Assembly (NCBI GenBank): GCA_010909165.1
Contig: MU008155.1
Span: forward strand, 1,364,001-1,428,000
Reading direction: 5' to 3'
Length of the DNA stretch: 64,000 bases
Origin: Anthoceros angustus
Lineage: Eukaryota > Plantae > Anthocerotophyta
How positions within the stretch are numbered: position 1 is the first letter of the stretch; each line of letters begins with the position of its first letter. The notes beneath the pieces were generated by a model. It ran no database searches and was not told the origin of the DNA. It was given only the letters and a program-made list of their open reading frames with translations. Below, in pieces: positions 48,660 to 61,651 of the stretch. The position numbers and the translations under genes were made by a program.

Positions 48660-51600
48660 CACCGGTTTAGACGCTCCTCCGCCGGGGTCTGCGTGGCACA
48701 CATCCACCGACGTTAGCAAATGGGTAACACATTTGCAAATGGGTAACACAAAGCATTACCGAGGACTTGCTGGCGCTACGAGTTATTCGGCGGTGCAGCT
48801 CCACATCCCTCGCCGGTTGCTCTGTTGCCTGGGTTGATGGCACCATCTCCACGTTTGCCAAGGCCTCCACATCATCCGGAAGTGGTGAACAGGACCCCAT
48901 CCCATGGTTCGTGCCCGCCAGCAGTGTTGCCGGAGAATTGTCCTCTTCTGTGTCCTCTATGCGCGCACCAGCTCCCTTTGCACCTGTCAAACCCACATGC
49001 CCCGCTGATTTCCATGCATGAGAGAAGCAACATTCACATTTCCACACATCCTCGCAAAACCAGATTCGTAATCGAGCACTAAACCTCCTGTGTCGATGTA
49101 TGATTCCATGTTCTCAATGCCGCTATGAGACCCCACTCTCGCTCTGCCTTTGTCGGGATGCGCTTCCACTTCTCCGAAATGCCTTGTTGAAATCTGCACC
49201 ACCGCCTAAAGGATTACAACCCGCCCCGTACTTCTTGAGCGAGCATCGGTTGCATCATCTTTGTTGGCGGTGAGGCCATTCCCCGCCTGTGCAGCTCTTG
49301 GACTCAACTCCACCGCTTTGGTCCATGCCTCCCACACACTCCCGGCCGCAGCCCTAGGATAGTTGCCCTCTCTCGCATCCCGATCGGCCTCCTTCACCCG
49401 GCTCGGACAATAGTAATTCTGCGTCAGAAATGTCCGAGAACTTCTTCTTGATGTAGTCTCGGTTAGATATAGATGGGAAGTCCCTCTCAGACAGGCCCAC
49501 CAGCTCCGATTGCAACTCCCTCGGGTGACGGACCAAAGATTTGAAGAGTCATCCGCGTCGCACGGCTCCTTCACACGCTTGTGGAACCGCTTTAACCCTC
49601 GTGCTCAACCCTCCAAACGCGGCATCCGTCACTCCATCGGGCCTTCCACCGCCCAATCTCCAATGACACCTTCGTTGCCTCTTCCAAAGAATGCCTCCCG
49701 CCTGTGGTGGTTCATGGTTGCCCGTAACAAATCGCCCAATGTCACGGTTTGGAGGATGTCTTTGGAGGGCCAACATGCTGTGGCTCGTCCGGAGAGCATG
49801 CCCACCTCGCCAAAACGCCTCCACATGTCCTCGAATGAGCCTTCCTGTGGAACAAGTGCCTCCTCGTCTTCCATGGTAGCTCATCCAGTGGCTTTCACTT
49901 TGTTGCGGTTCTCCCTCTTCCGCGTTCCTTCTCCCCGCCTCGGCGTTACTTATTGTGGCACCCGCTTCCTGCATGCACACACACAAGCACTTGTTAGCAA
50001 GTGCCAATGAACGTAGGTGATGGATGATGCACTACCGGCCGCAACCACCTATCAAAGCCACCCTCTTCACAAACATCGCCTTCTATGTCCGATAGCGGAC
50101 AGAGCTCCGCATCATGGACCTTAGTCGCCCCTTGCCAGCCCGAACATGTGCACTGGCCCAGTGTCGCCTCGCCTAGATGCCTTGGTTCACCGTCAATGAC
50201 AAACACGGTGTCTTCGTCATGCAAGATCACACCAAGAAAAGATGAGCGCCTCGCGGGTGATTGGAGAATGTGAGGGGAGATGCGAGTGGCATACCTTCAG
50301 CTCTCCGCTTTCCAGCCCTCGGCGCCTCTTCCAGACGAGGGGACAATCGTCATCGTCGCTTTCAAATTTGACATCGCACAAGCCAGGCTTCCCCACCTTC
50401 ACGACCGCTGAATGCTCCGCATCACTGTGACACGAGACAGAGTACCGTCCCTCTCCCAGTGGCGTCAGCATGACGTAATCGCCCTCCTCCCCGCTTTCTA
50501 CCCCAGTTGGGGGCCCCTGGTCCTTCCCGCTGTCCCGATCCGCATCCGGCCGCTCCCGATCCACCCGTTGAGCGGCTCGCCTTTTGTCCGGTCGGCCATT
50601 GGCACCTCTCGGTCCGGACCACAATCCCAGCCCTCTTGCATCGGGCCACACCAAGACCCATCGCGAACCATCCGGCCGCTTCCACGAGAACACGCACATA
50701 TCCAACCAAAGGAAGCGGGGTTGCCCTTCCTCCCGGACCACCAAAGCTCCGTGCTCGCATCCGGTTCATCATCGGGCACATCCGAGCTGCATGCGCCGCC
50801 TGCATTTCTTCAGCGAGCATCGGTTGCATCATCTTTGTTGGCGGTAGGCCATTCCCCGCCTGTGCAGCTCTTGGACTCCGAACTCCACCGCTTTGGTCCA
50901 TGCCTCCCCACACACTCCCCCGGGCCGCAGCCGTCTAGGATAGTTGCCCCTCTCTCACATCCCCGATGCGGCCTCCTTCACCCGGCTCAGACAATAGTAA
51001 TTCTGCGTCCGAGAAATGTCAGAGAACTTCTTCTTGATGTAGTCTCGGTTAGATATAGATGGGAAGTCCCTCTGTACAGCGTCCACCAGCTCCGATTGCA
51101 ACTCCCTCGGATCGGACCAAAGATTTGAAGAGTCATCCGCGTCGCACTCCTTCACACGCTTGTGGGCCTTCTTTAACCACATGCTCAACCCTCCAAACGC
51201 GCATCCGTCACTCCATCGGGCCTTCCACCGGGCCCAATCTCCAATGACACCTTCGTTGCCTCTTCCGAATGCCTCCCGCCGTGGTGGTTCATGGTTGCCC
51301 GTAACAAATCGCCCAATGTCACGGTTTGGAGGATGTCTTTGGAGGGCCAACATGCTGTGGCTCGTCCGGAGAGCATGCCCACCTCGCCAAAACGCCTCTC
51401 CCACATGTCCTCGAATGAGCCTTCCTGTGGAACAAGTGCCTCCTCGTCTTCCATGGTAGGCGCACTCAGTGGCTTTCACTTTGTTGCCGGTTCTCCCCTC
51501 TTCCGCGTTCCTTCTCCCTGCCTCGGCGTTACTTATTGTGGCACCCGCTTCCTGCATGCACACACACAAGCACTTGTTAGCAAGTGCCAATGAACGTAGG

Positions 51601-52750
51601 TGACTGGATGATGCACTACCGGGCCGCAACCACCTATCAAAGCCACCCTCTTCACAAACATCGCCCTTCTATGTGTCTGATAGCCGGACAGGAGCTCCGG
51701 CACCACGGGACCTTAGTCGCCCCCCCTTGCCAGCCCGAACATACAGGCACCTGTCCAGTGTCGGCCTCCCTGCCTAGATGCCTTCGGTTCACCGTCAATG
51801 ACAAACACGGTGTCTTCGTCATGCAAGATCACACCAAGAAAAGATGAGCGAAACGCCTCGCGGTGATTGGAGAATGTGAGGAGATGCGAGTGGCATACCT
51901 TCAGCTCTCCGCTTTCCAGCCCTCGGCGCCTCTTCGACGAGGGACAATCGTCATCGTCGCTTTCAAATTTTGGAAACTCGTGACTTCGCACAAGCCAGCT
52001 TCCCCACCTTCACGACCGAATGCTCCGCATCAACGTGACACGAGGCAGTACCGTCCCTCTCCCGGTGGCGTCGGCATGACGCAATCGCCTCCTCCCGCTT
52101 TCTACCCCGCCAGGGGCCCTCGTCCTTCCCGCCCCGATCCGCATCCGGCCGCTCCCGATCCACCCGTTGAGCGGCTCGCCTTTTGTCCGGTCGGCCATTG
52201 GCACCTCGGTCCGGACCACAATCCCAGCCCTCTTGCATCGGGCCACACCAAGACCCATCGCGAACCATCCGGCCGCTTCCACCAGGAACCTGCACATATC
52301 CAACCAAAGGAAGCGGGGTTGCCCCTTCCTCCCGGACCACCAAAGCTCCCGTGCCTGCATCCGGTTCATCACTGGGCACATCCGAGCCTGCATGCGTCGC
52401 CTCGCAAGCACCATGGTCTTCTACTGGCTGTTTTGCCCTGTCCTCCCCCCCCGGCTCCCACCCCTGTGCCCATCCAATTGTCAACCACGTGTGGTCCCTC
52501 GGTGCCGCCCTGGCTTAGCCGGCGCCTCCGCTCGGCGGCAGCTGCCCGTTTCTCCCTCTCCTCCCGGATGTCCAAAGACCCCCGTCTGCGGTTCTCGATG
52601 CTCGCGCCAGAGTGACCTCATTCTCCGCCGCCATGCCGAGCACCATAGCCATGTGGAGGTCATCCTCATCAACCTCGCAACCCAAGGAATCCATGGAAGC
52701 GTCGACCCTTCCTTCGTCCAATCATGTAATGACTAAACACTCGTGGGTAT
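48660..52750 (-). pseudogene. CACTA second ORF (TnpA-like position), frameshifted and internally duplicated
   Basis: Coding-like fragments (MDEGRVDASMDSLG..., EDEEALVPQEGSFEDMW..., ELQSELVDAVQRDFPSISNRDYIKKKFSDIS) lie downstream of Tnp2 on the same strand; no decisive domain recognised. Confidence 0.4.
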
Positions 52751-54539
52751 ATGGCCTTTGGAGCGTATGTGCTAGGGTGGCTATGGCGGTCGATGGGCAT
52801 TGCCTAACGCCCGCCACTTGTCGACCAAACCGTACACGCAATGACGTGCATGTTGTTTTAATCGGTCCACGCCACCTCTAGTACTATACTAATTACTTGA
52901 CAAGCGAATGCACGCGCAACTTGAACCCGGCGGAAACGCTTGCTCTTGCTCCACCTCATTTTGGGGGTGACCAGGCGCAGATCGGCACAGTTCGGCCCAC
53001 TTCCGGCATCCCTGCTTTGCACTTGCCACACAAGCGGCTCCCTACGCGCCACACTGCGCGATGGTTCAATGTCCGCATGACGCAATCCATGCAACCTCCA
53101 AGCGCGTTGAACCAGACACCCAAAAACTCTTGCACATCACCGATGCCATCATCGTTGTCCGACCGTTGCGCTGTATTCTGGGCCATCTACGATGAAGGAT
53201 TCGGAGAAGATTGTACCTCCCGCGTTCCTGCATTCGGCGTGGCCTCCTTTACCCGTTGTGCCATCATTCGAGAGGGCGACGCCACACTGTGAAAACTCAG
53301 CCGCTCTCTGATTTCGGCTCCTACCCGCCCGTTTACGTCCATGGGCTACGGGAAGCCTGAACCTTACGTCTACTTCCGCAGTGTCCTTGAGGTGGGATTG
53401 ATGGCACAAGAAAAGTGTAAGGACCACCCATTGGGATCATAAAACCAGGTGTGTCCTTGGGCTATGGTGAACTCGGCCTCCATCGTACTTCGAATCGGGT
53501 TTAACAAGTGGAAGTAAATCAAGTGCGTGCATCCATCGGGCTTAGGGTTGGCTGAGAAACATATATCCCTACGCTGATTGGACATTTGGAAGTACAAGCA
53601 TATTACAAACAGATGACCTGGTTTTGTCCTTGGGGTTTGGAGGGTCAAAAATTGGTCATATTAAATTCACCAAATTCAGTTTACCCCAGTAAGTATGCAC
53701 TGTTTTGGCACGACGTTATCGAGAATTGCCATGCTTGTGCCAGATCAGAGCTGCCAGCCACATCTCGACATGTCTACTCCACCCCGGAGAATAGATGCAT
53801 CGTGGTCAATGAACCATCGGTGGCGTCTTTAGTGCCGGGCCCCACTTTGAACGCTCCACTGCCTCCGCACGGGACTGTGTTCCTGAGAAATTGTACATAT
53901 CACGAGACTTATGAGGTGGCATCTCGTGCCGTCATTTTCACCCCCCCCCCCCCATATGGACAGGGGTCTGCCGATCCTCAGGTAGGTATGGTTGTCAGGT
54001 GCTTTGACCATGTCGCGTCTGCTGACCACTTGTGCATTTAGTTTGCAATATCCGCGCATCAACGCTCATTCCAGTTATTTCCGATGGTGGAGGAGGCTCC
54101 CCCCTTTGGGAGCCAGGAGGCGAAGCCTTTTTTTTCGGAGACTGCACCCGCGCCAACAGTTGCAATCACCGACATTGCATCTCCCGCTACTGAGGAAGAC
54201 CTCCAAAGTTCTCAGCTGGGGATGTGGCAACGCCCCGACGACCCGTCCGCTATCGACGGTGATGAAGCAACGTCATGGAATATGGAGGAGGCTGCCATGA
54301 TATGGGCCCGGCGTTTGCGTTGTTGCGATTGTCTTTTCGCCGGCGCCTTGGGGTCCCGAGACATTAGGCGCCGACATGAGCATTTGCCCACGACCGCGAT
54401 TGAGCTCGACTCTTAACATCGCATCCGCACATGATATGTGATTATCTACTTTCACCGGTCCGCTAGACAATACCACAAAGAAGCATGTCCGCACTTTGTT
54501 TCACGCCAGAAGGAGGCCACGTGTGGATCGGAGTGCCAC

Positions 54540-57500
54540 CCGTGATTCGGGGTTGTTAGGTTTGGATAGCACTCCATGGAGCTAGCTTACCTTCCAATTC
54601 CTTTCGTGGTCTGCTTTTGGGCAGTGCACATGAGGACCCGATATTGGCTGTTCTTAAATGTGAGGGATTCCAATTGTCAGTGTTCCAGTACATCAGTCGA
54701 AGGCCGAAGTGTCCCACATAGCCTGAATAGGCGTACAAATCATCCAAGCCTCCCGCCTGGGCATGATGTCGCGGTGTGCAAATACTTGTTGTAGATGTCG
54801 AGGAAATGTGTATGGGCCTGTTTTGTGATCCGGCATTGCATTTGGCCGTCGTGTCAACGCTCCAAAACCCAAGTCCCTAACCATGGACGGGGTTCTCTTG
54901 CAATGTCACACTCATACCAAAGGCACATTCAAGACGATTGTGGTGACGCCGCCTCCTTCGCACTCAACTTCTAGAATCGTGAATGCGCCCAAAGAATTCT
55001 CTCTTCTCATCCCGGCTGGCTCCTACCATGTCGAAACACCCATACACCCAGTGTCTTGTGTTGCTGCGGAGAGAATCGGCTGCAATTGTCCGGAAATGAT
55101 AGCCCCTGGTGCGGAGGCTGCGATAGGATGTGACTTGCCGGCGAGGGCCAATGGTTAGTGCATTGATGTTGGCTCGGTTCGGGCTTCCTGCCCATGCATC
55201 ATCCGCCAACCGACCCTGCATCCATTGCTTGAAATCCATTCCAACATCCCCATGAGCATCGAATTCCGCTCTCTGGTCTGCCAGTGTTTCAGAGTGGAGC
55301 AGCAGGTACCAATGTAGACGACTCCGGTCGTCGGGGCAGAGGTCAATTGTTGTTCCTCGCCCGATGGTGCTCTCCTCGTTGGACGGCCGCATTGGTATCC
55401 CATACAGATGGCAATTGTGTGGCTGCAACCCGGCCATGAACTCCGTGGCGAAGTGCATCGCTTCCATAGAGATGTACCCTGTGGCCATGCTGCCCTCCGG
55501 ACGGGCACGTTGCCGCACATGGTTTTTGAGGACAAGCATGTAGCGCTCCATGGGGTACATCCATCGTACTTGAACTGGCCCATGAGTTTCAACCTCGTCA
55601 AGCAGGTGGATGATGAGGTGCTGCATCGAATTCCAGAATGTGGTTGGCATGTGTTTTTCCAATTCCACCATGATGTCGATAAGCTCTGCCTTCTTCTCAG
55701 GTAGCATGGATATATCGATCTCTTTGGTACACATCCAACGGTACACTCCGGCGAGGCGTCAAAACGGCCGCCCTTCTAGCCGCCTCGCAACGCAATAGGA
55801 AGATAGTATTGCATCAAAAGGTGCCAATCATGGCTTTTCAGGCCGGTCACCTTTGGGCCATCAAAGCACGCAGATATGTTTGCACCAAAGCTTGTGGGGG
55901 GCTTCATGGCAGATATCTCGTCTTTTACCGCTTCTGTGTCAGAATGCGACATAACATAGTCGGTGTCTGGGATGTGGGTCTCATCACCATCTGAAATTGG
56001 CCACAACCATGGCTTGGAGTTGGCATCCTTCATGTCATACCGGCTCCCAAGGGTGTCACTCTTTCCGGTAAATACACTCCAAAATGCCTTTGCATTGTTC
56101 ACCTCCACGTGCATCACATCCTTAAGCCAGAACTTATGTAAACGCCTGAGGTATGGTAAACTTCGGAGGATGAGTGAGACGCGAGTGACCCCCCATGCCT
56201 TTGTGTTGCGCCTTTCTTGTGCACTAGTTGCAGCCCAGAGGTCCATCTCTGCGACGACGGCGTCCATTGTGCGGGGCACAGGGGGGGGCCTGGTCTCCAC
56301 GGTGCTATCGAAGGCATCTGCCAATAATGCGCGACGGGGATCGTCGAGGTCGGAGCACCATCTCCGAGCACCCGCGTATAGCATCTTGTCCAATTGTTGT
56401 GACCATCGGGCTTGTAATTGAACCCCACAACCGATACATGCGGCATGACCCGAACCCAAGCCAAGCAAGTTTCCCATACCCGGATAATCACATGTGGCAA
56501 ACAATAGACCAGCGGGGTGAAAACCGCCCGGATCACACCTTGGTTTGGAGAAGTCCTCGCATGGCACACCTATCCACAGCTCGCCTAATTCTTCTACAAG
56601 GGGCTGCAAATAAATGTCCATATTCGGCACCTGTTTTGGGCCTGGAATAATCATGGACATAATGACTCGTTGCTTCTTGTTGCAAATCCATGGTGGCATG
56701 TTGTGGATAACCAACAACACGGGCCAAATCGACTTCCCTGTCGAGCGATGACCACAAGGGTTAAGGCCGTCGGTGCATATGCTGAGCCTGATGTTCCTGT
56801 CCTCCGTACCAAAATTATCTTGTGCGTCAAGTGCTGCCCAAGCCGGAGTGTCAGCAAGGATGCGGAGCTTCCCATCTTGACTCCGATTACGCGCAAACCA
56901 GACATATCCGCCGCCGTGGTAGGGCACCTAAACATTCGACGAGACGCCCACCAATGGGAAGTAATAAAAGGATTTCGTGGCACTATGTGGCGGCCAACCC
57001 GGGCTTGTTGCGCTGGCCACACCCGGCATTGGAGATCACCGCAGTTCCACCCGAGATTCTGCAATCGTTGATGCATGAGGGATGCGCACCTTCCTTTGAT
57101 CGATGTGCAACAAGATCTTCCGCCTTCTTGCCGTGACTGGGAGGGTGTTCGGATGTGGCAAAAGCGGATCGCTCACAATGTGGAAGATGGCGTCATTCCG
57201 CTATCCGATATGTTGAATCGGTCCCGCATTGAGGAGTGCAATAGTTGCGGACAAACGGGTTTGGTCGGTGCATGGCCCTTGAATGTAGAAGAGAGGGCTA
57301 CGCCGCCCGCGAGCATCGTGCCAGCCGTCTGGGATGGACTCCATGAACCGCTGCATGTCAGCATTGACACCCCCATCATCTTGTTCGCCAGCTCCAGCCC
57401 AATCCGGAATGGGATTGGCTTGGTAGTGTGTAGGACGGTCGGCGTCCTCGCCGTTAGTTGACACTGTCTCCATATCCACTGCACCAGCTTCTTCTTCATG

Positions 57501-57800
57501 GAGAGGCGGAGTGATGCCTCCTTGTCCAGCGCGTTCCAAGTAATAACTGGGACGTCGACCCTGCAACATGTGCCAAAGTGCGATGCCTGGAAAGCATATG
57601 AAGCAAGCTCTTCCGACCAGCAATTGCAGTTGCAAGCAAAAGACATCACCTCTGCGCGTGCTAACATATCCCAAAAGCGGACATGACGGAGAGAAATGTC
57701 CGCCCGTATTTGACGGCGACGAGGAGCACAGGGACATGGGCAATACAATGGTGGGATCTGTCCATCGCGGGCCGGAGGGGCCATATCCTCCATATCGCGA
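54540..57800 (-). pseudogene. CACTA Tnp2/TnpD transposase (Transposase_21 + DUF4218 + DUF4216-like), frameshifted
   Basis: LYCPCPC N-terminal motif; RNIRLSICTDGLNP...SIWPVLLVIHNMPPW...MIIPGPKQVPNMDIYLQPLVEEL (55776-56927); LKSHDWH; HLIIHLLDEVETHGPVQVRWMYPMERYM..LKNHVRQRARPEGSM (54964-55746). Confidence 0.93.
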
Positions 57801-60800
57801 ACACAATGTGGTGCGAGCGCGGGTGGCAACCGATTTATGGCAACACATGGGCGGGTTTGAAGGCCACCGTCGGCGATGTGAACGCTTCTTTCTAAACGGC
57901 TCACCGGAATCGCCCAAATGTCCGCTTGCACACGGGCTACCTACATGATTGGGGGAGACACACTCCATCTTTCACGCCTAAGCACGGCTAACGGTATGGG
58001 CCTTTGCAGGGTGTGATGCACAAAATCTTGTTGGTAGTGTGAAAGGGTGGTTACTTTGCCCCGATCACTCGATGGTCCAAATGACACCATGCTTAATTGG
58101 GGTTTTCCGGGTAGAAAGAACGCACATCTCCACACATCCTTTCCACCTGAGTTAAAGCTTACGCTGCGCTCAAGACTTTCACGCCCAAACTGTGCAGATA
58201 CCGGCAGGGACGCAAGCGAACACTGACGTATTCCTCCCCGTCCTCCCTTCTTCACATCGCCGTGGTTTCCCGCGCTCGGGCGCAATGGCCACCCCGCCCG
58301 CCAGCGAAGAGGTGTCCGGGAGGCCGATGGAGCTACCCACGCCGGCGACATTATCGGAAGCCTCCCCACCACGACGGGGCGGAGGTAGTGAGTCCCCAGT
58401 GGTGCGAGGCCGGAGGAGACAACGCTTGGCAACACAAACCAAGGAGGCGCGATCGCCATATGGATTTGGGAGGCCCGCCCTTCCTTGGGACTATGTGTGC
58501 ATTCGGGCAGTGGTGGACGCCGAGATCCCGTGTGGGTGGAAGGGATCGGCGGGTGTTGGAGGTGGCGGAGCCATCGCTGACACGATGTGCCGGCGGTTCA
58601 ATTCAACCCGCCTGCAGAGGATGGGGGCCAACTAATCGCTGGAGCATATGCACGAAGGAGGGTGGTGGGTGGGTTGTGCGGGAAGACGGGCCCAGCTATC
58701 TTTGGAGAGGCGAAGGAGCTTGGGTCATTCGTGGCGGCCGTGGTGGAGGCGGCGCTTGCAAGCACGACTTCTAGATGGCGCCGTGGTTTCCCGCTCGGGC
58801 GCAATGGCCACCTCGCCTGCCAGCAGCGAAGAGGTGTCCGGGAGGCCGATGGAGCTACCCACGCCGGCGACATTATCGGGAAGCCTCCCCCACCACGATG
58901 GGGGCGGAGGTAGTGAGTCCCCTGGTGGTGCGAGGCCGCCTCGGAGGAGACAACGCTTGGCAAACACAAACCAAGGAGGCGCGATCGCCATATGGATTTG
59001 GGAGCAGGCTCCCGTCCTTCCTTCGGGGACTATGTGTCTGCGCAGGCATTCAGTGTGGTGGACGTCGAGATCCCCGCTGTGTGGGTGGAAGGGATCGGCG
59101 GGTGTTGGAGGTGGCGGAGCCATCCGCTGACACGATGTGCGGCGGTTCAATTCAACCCGCCTGCACAGAGGATGGGGGCCAACTCATCACTGGAGCATAT
59201 GCACGAGAAGGAGGCGGTGGTGGGTGGAAGGGCCCAGGCGCCGGAGGGCGAAGGAGCTTGGGTCATTCGTGGCGGCCGTGGTGGAGGCGGCGCTTGCAAG
59301 CACGACTTCTAGATGGCGCTGTGGTGGTGGAGGTGTCTACCGGCTAGCAAGATGTTTTTAGTCCTTTCCTCCTCGGCCACAAGTTTTCTCCTCGTGATCG
59401 ACTTAGACCCACCCTTCTGTAGAGGTATGCCGAGGAATGGGCGGTGCCATCGATATCGAGCGAACCCGCTGGCGGAGCTCCAGTTGAAGTCGATTTCGCC
59501 GGCTACGTAGCACGGCGGAGTATTATGGCACGGTCAATTGGCCCTCCATGGGACAAGCGGAGGATCCTCTTTTGGACAGGCCCTCCGCGTGCCATGCTGG
59601 AAATTGTCCGAGCCCCCTGCAAGCACGTGGGGACAATGAAGATTGTGTCGAAGGCGCTGGACAGAGGTGCCAACTTTCATCATCTGCGGCTTCCGTTCAT
59701 CTACAACCGAGCAGCGCTTTTATGCTACGGACTTCATCCCGAACGAGCGGGGCTTTCGGTTTTGATGGCTTGCGATGTGGTTGTCCGGCCAACATGTCGG
59801 CGGAAGGAAGGAGCGGCACGATTGGGTGCCAAGGCTATGCTTTTGTGTTTGACCTCCGGTCATTGCTGTCTGTAGTGGTTGTCGATGTATACGCCCCAAA
59901 CGTCGCGTGGGCCTAGATGAAGTTGGGAAGATGGCGGTGTCGATGCCAGCCCGGTCAAGTGTGGGCACTTCCCATTTCGAATTTTGAGCACACTATCCCC
60001 TGTTGGCGAGGGGTGGAGCACCGTAGCAGTGCATAGCAATTTTTGGGACTTGGATTGCTTGCTATGTGCTTTTTGCTGGCATGTTGTTTGAAGATTGTGC
60101 GGCCATAGGCTACCTTTGTGTTTTTCACGACGCCTGTCATAAAGATTCGAAGCATGGGCCCGTGTGTTCGACCGTATCCAAGCGCAAACCGGAATATGGC
60201 ATGATCACCGCCTCAAAGGACAAGTCGGACAGTGGAAGACTGGGGACGGGCCATGCCAAAACGCTTCTATACGAACCATACTGGGACATAAAGGGAACCG
60301 GCCCGGCGTGGGCCGCTTCCCCCGTTCACGCAAAGTGCGTCCATCCTGGATTCGAAAGCCTCCAACTCAGTTGGTATGATACGTCGTGCAGCAAGTGGCT
60401 ATCAGAATGTCAATGCTGGTTTGCATATGATTTATCCCAGCACATGACACGTGGTTTGCATATGATTTAACCTTAGCCATGAACCAAGGGAAACGCTCGA
60501 GAAGCCGGCAGACGGGGACGCCCACTCCGTCCATGTCTTCTCAGGCGGCACCTAGATGATGGCGGCTCGCTTCACCAATACCGGCCATGATGCGCGCATA
60601 GCTCCTGTGGAGGGGAGAGGGCAAGCACAGGGTTGCGTTGAAGCGAGCGGCTCTAGCACTTCCTGGATGATCCTGGATGAACAAACCCTTGCAAAGTTCT
60701 GCGGTGGCGAGAAGGCTTGCTGTTCCATGTCAGTGGAAGATTGACGGACGAATCGGTGCGAGACAGCCACCAAACCTTGAACGGCAAAGCGCGCCAGGCC

Positions 60801-61056
60801 CCCCAAGTGCACACCCCCCCCGAAAGACGAGCGGGACACCGGTTTCGACCCCGGAATACCGGATGGCGTAGGTCATGACCCCCGTTTTCCTTGCACGTAA
60901 TGACGGTCGACATGTCCGACATTACCAGTGCTCGCAACCACCTCGCTGCGTGGACACATCCAGTGGTTACCCCATTCGGCCCCATAAACGGACTACGCGC
61001 TAATGATGCCGACATAAGGCCACCGTCATATTCTGCCCCGTTTTGTAGTAGTGCAC

Positions 61057-61651
61057 TGTGGTAAAGAAGCAGGTGTACTTGTCCCATGACAAGTTGGTGG
61101 TATTCCCATACCAAAGGCCTCTTGGGCTGATGATGAAATTAATCAAGACCTTCTCAAAAGAAGGGACTGGTGGTGGACGATGCTAAGTGGCACAACGTAC
61201 TAGCTTTTGTGGAAGAAACCGACGCCATCGGCGGACTTACGGTGTGCTGGATACATCCCCCAGCGCATCCACGGATACGAGGTTCTCCCGGATGCTGAAG
61301 AAGAGCTTACGTTTGAGCCCCATCGCAAAGGCCCTTCGCAGTTCTGGGCAAAGGAGGTTTGTATAAGTGAAAAGGATTGTCAAAGGCCCAAGTTGTTTCT
61401 TTGAGTGCCAGGAGGATGAAGACTAGAACGGGCGAATTGTTGGAGGAAGGACAGCAAACGCTGGATACCATATGGCAACCTCCCACGTCGTCGACAGGTC
61501 CAAGCGCGGAGGTGAACAACGATGACAACGCTTTGGGTGAGAATGACAATTTTGACGAAGAAGAACTGGAGCGTATGCGAAACCTAGCTGTAGTTTTAGA
61601 TTCCGCTTCTGTTCAGGGCCCCTTTGAGACCCAGAATAGCCCGCATGAGTA
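61057..61651 (+). pseudogene. 3' part of the transposon ORF2 (C-terminal half of the methyltransferase-like domain + acidic tail)
   Basis: Removing the CACTA and one TSD rejoins the frame: GHDT-VVKKQVYLSHDKLVVFPYQRPLGLMMKLIKTFSKEG. A shifted frame continues LVVD..HNVLAFVEE; acidic tail ends ...QNSPHE* at 61652. Confidence 0.6.

Larger units (their letters stand above)
46341..61053 (-). mobile_element. CACTA (En/Spm) DNA transposon, 14.7 kb as assembled
   Basis: TIRs CACTACTACAAAACG (46341-46355) and CGTTTTGTAGTAGTG (61039-61053); 3-bp TSD CAC (46338-46340, 61054-61056); ATGACG/CGTCAT subterminal motifs; internal Tnp2. Left end duplicated at 47325. Confidence 0.95.
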
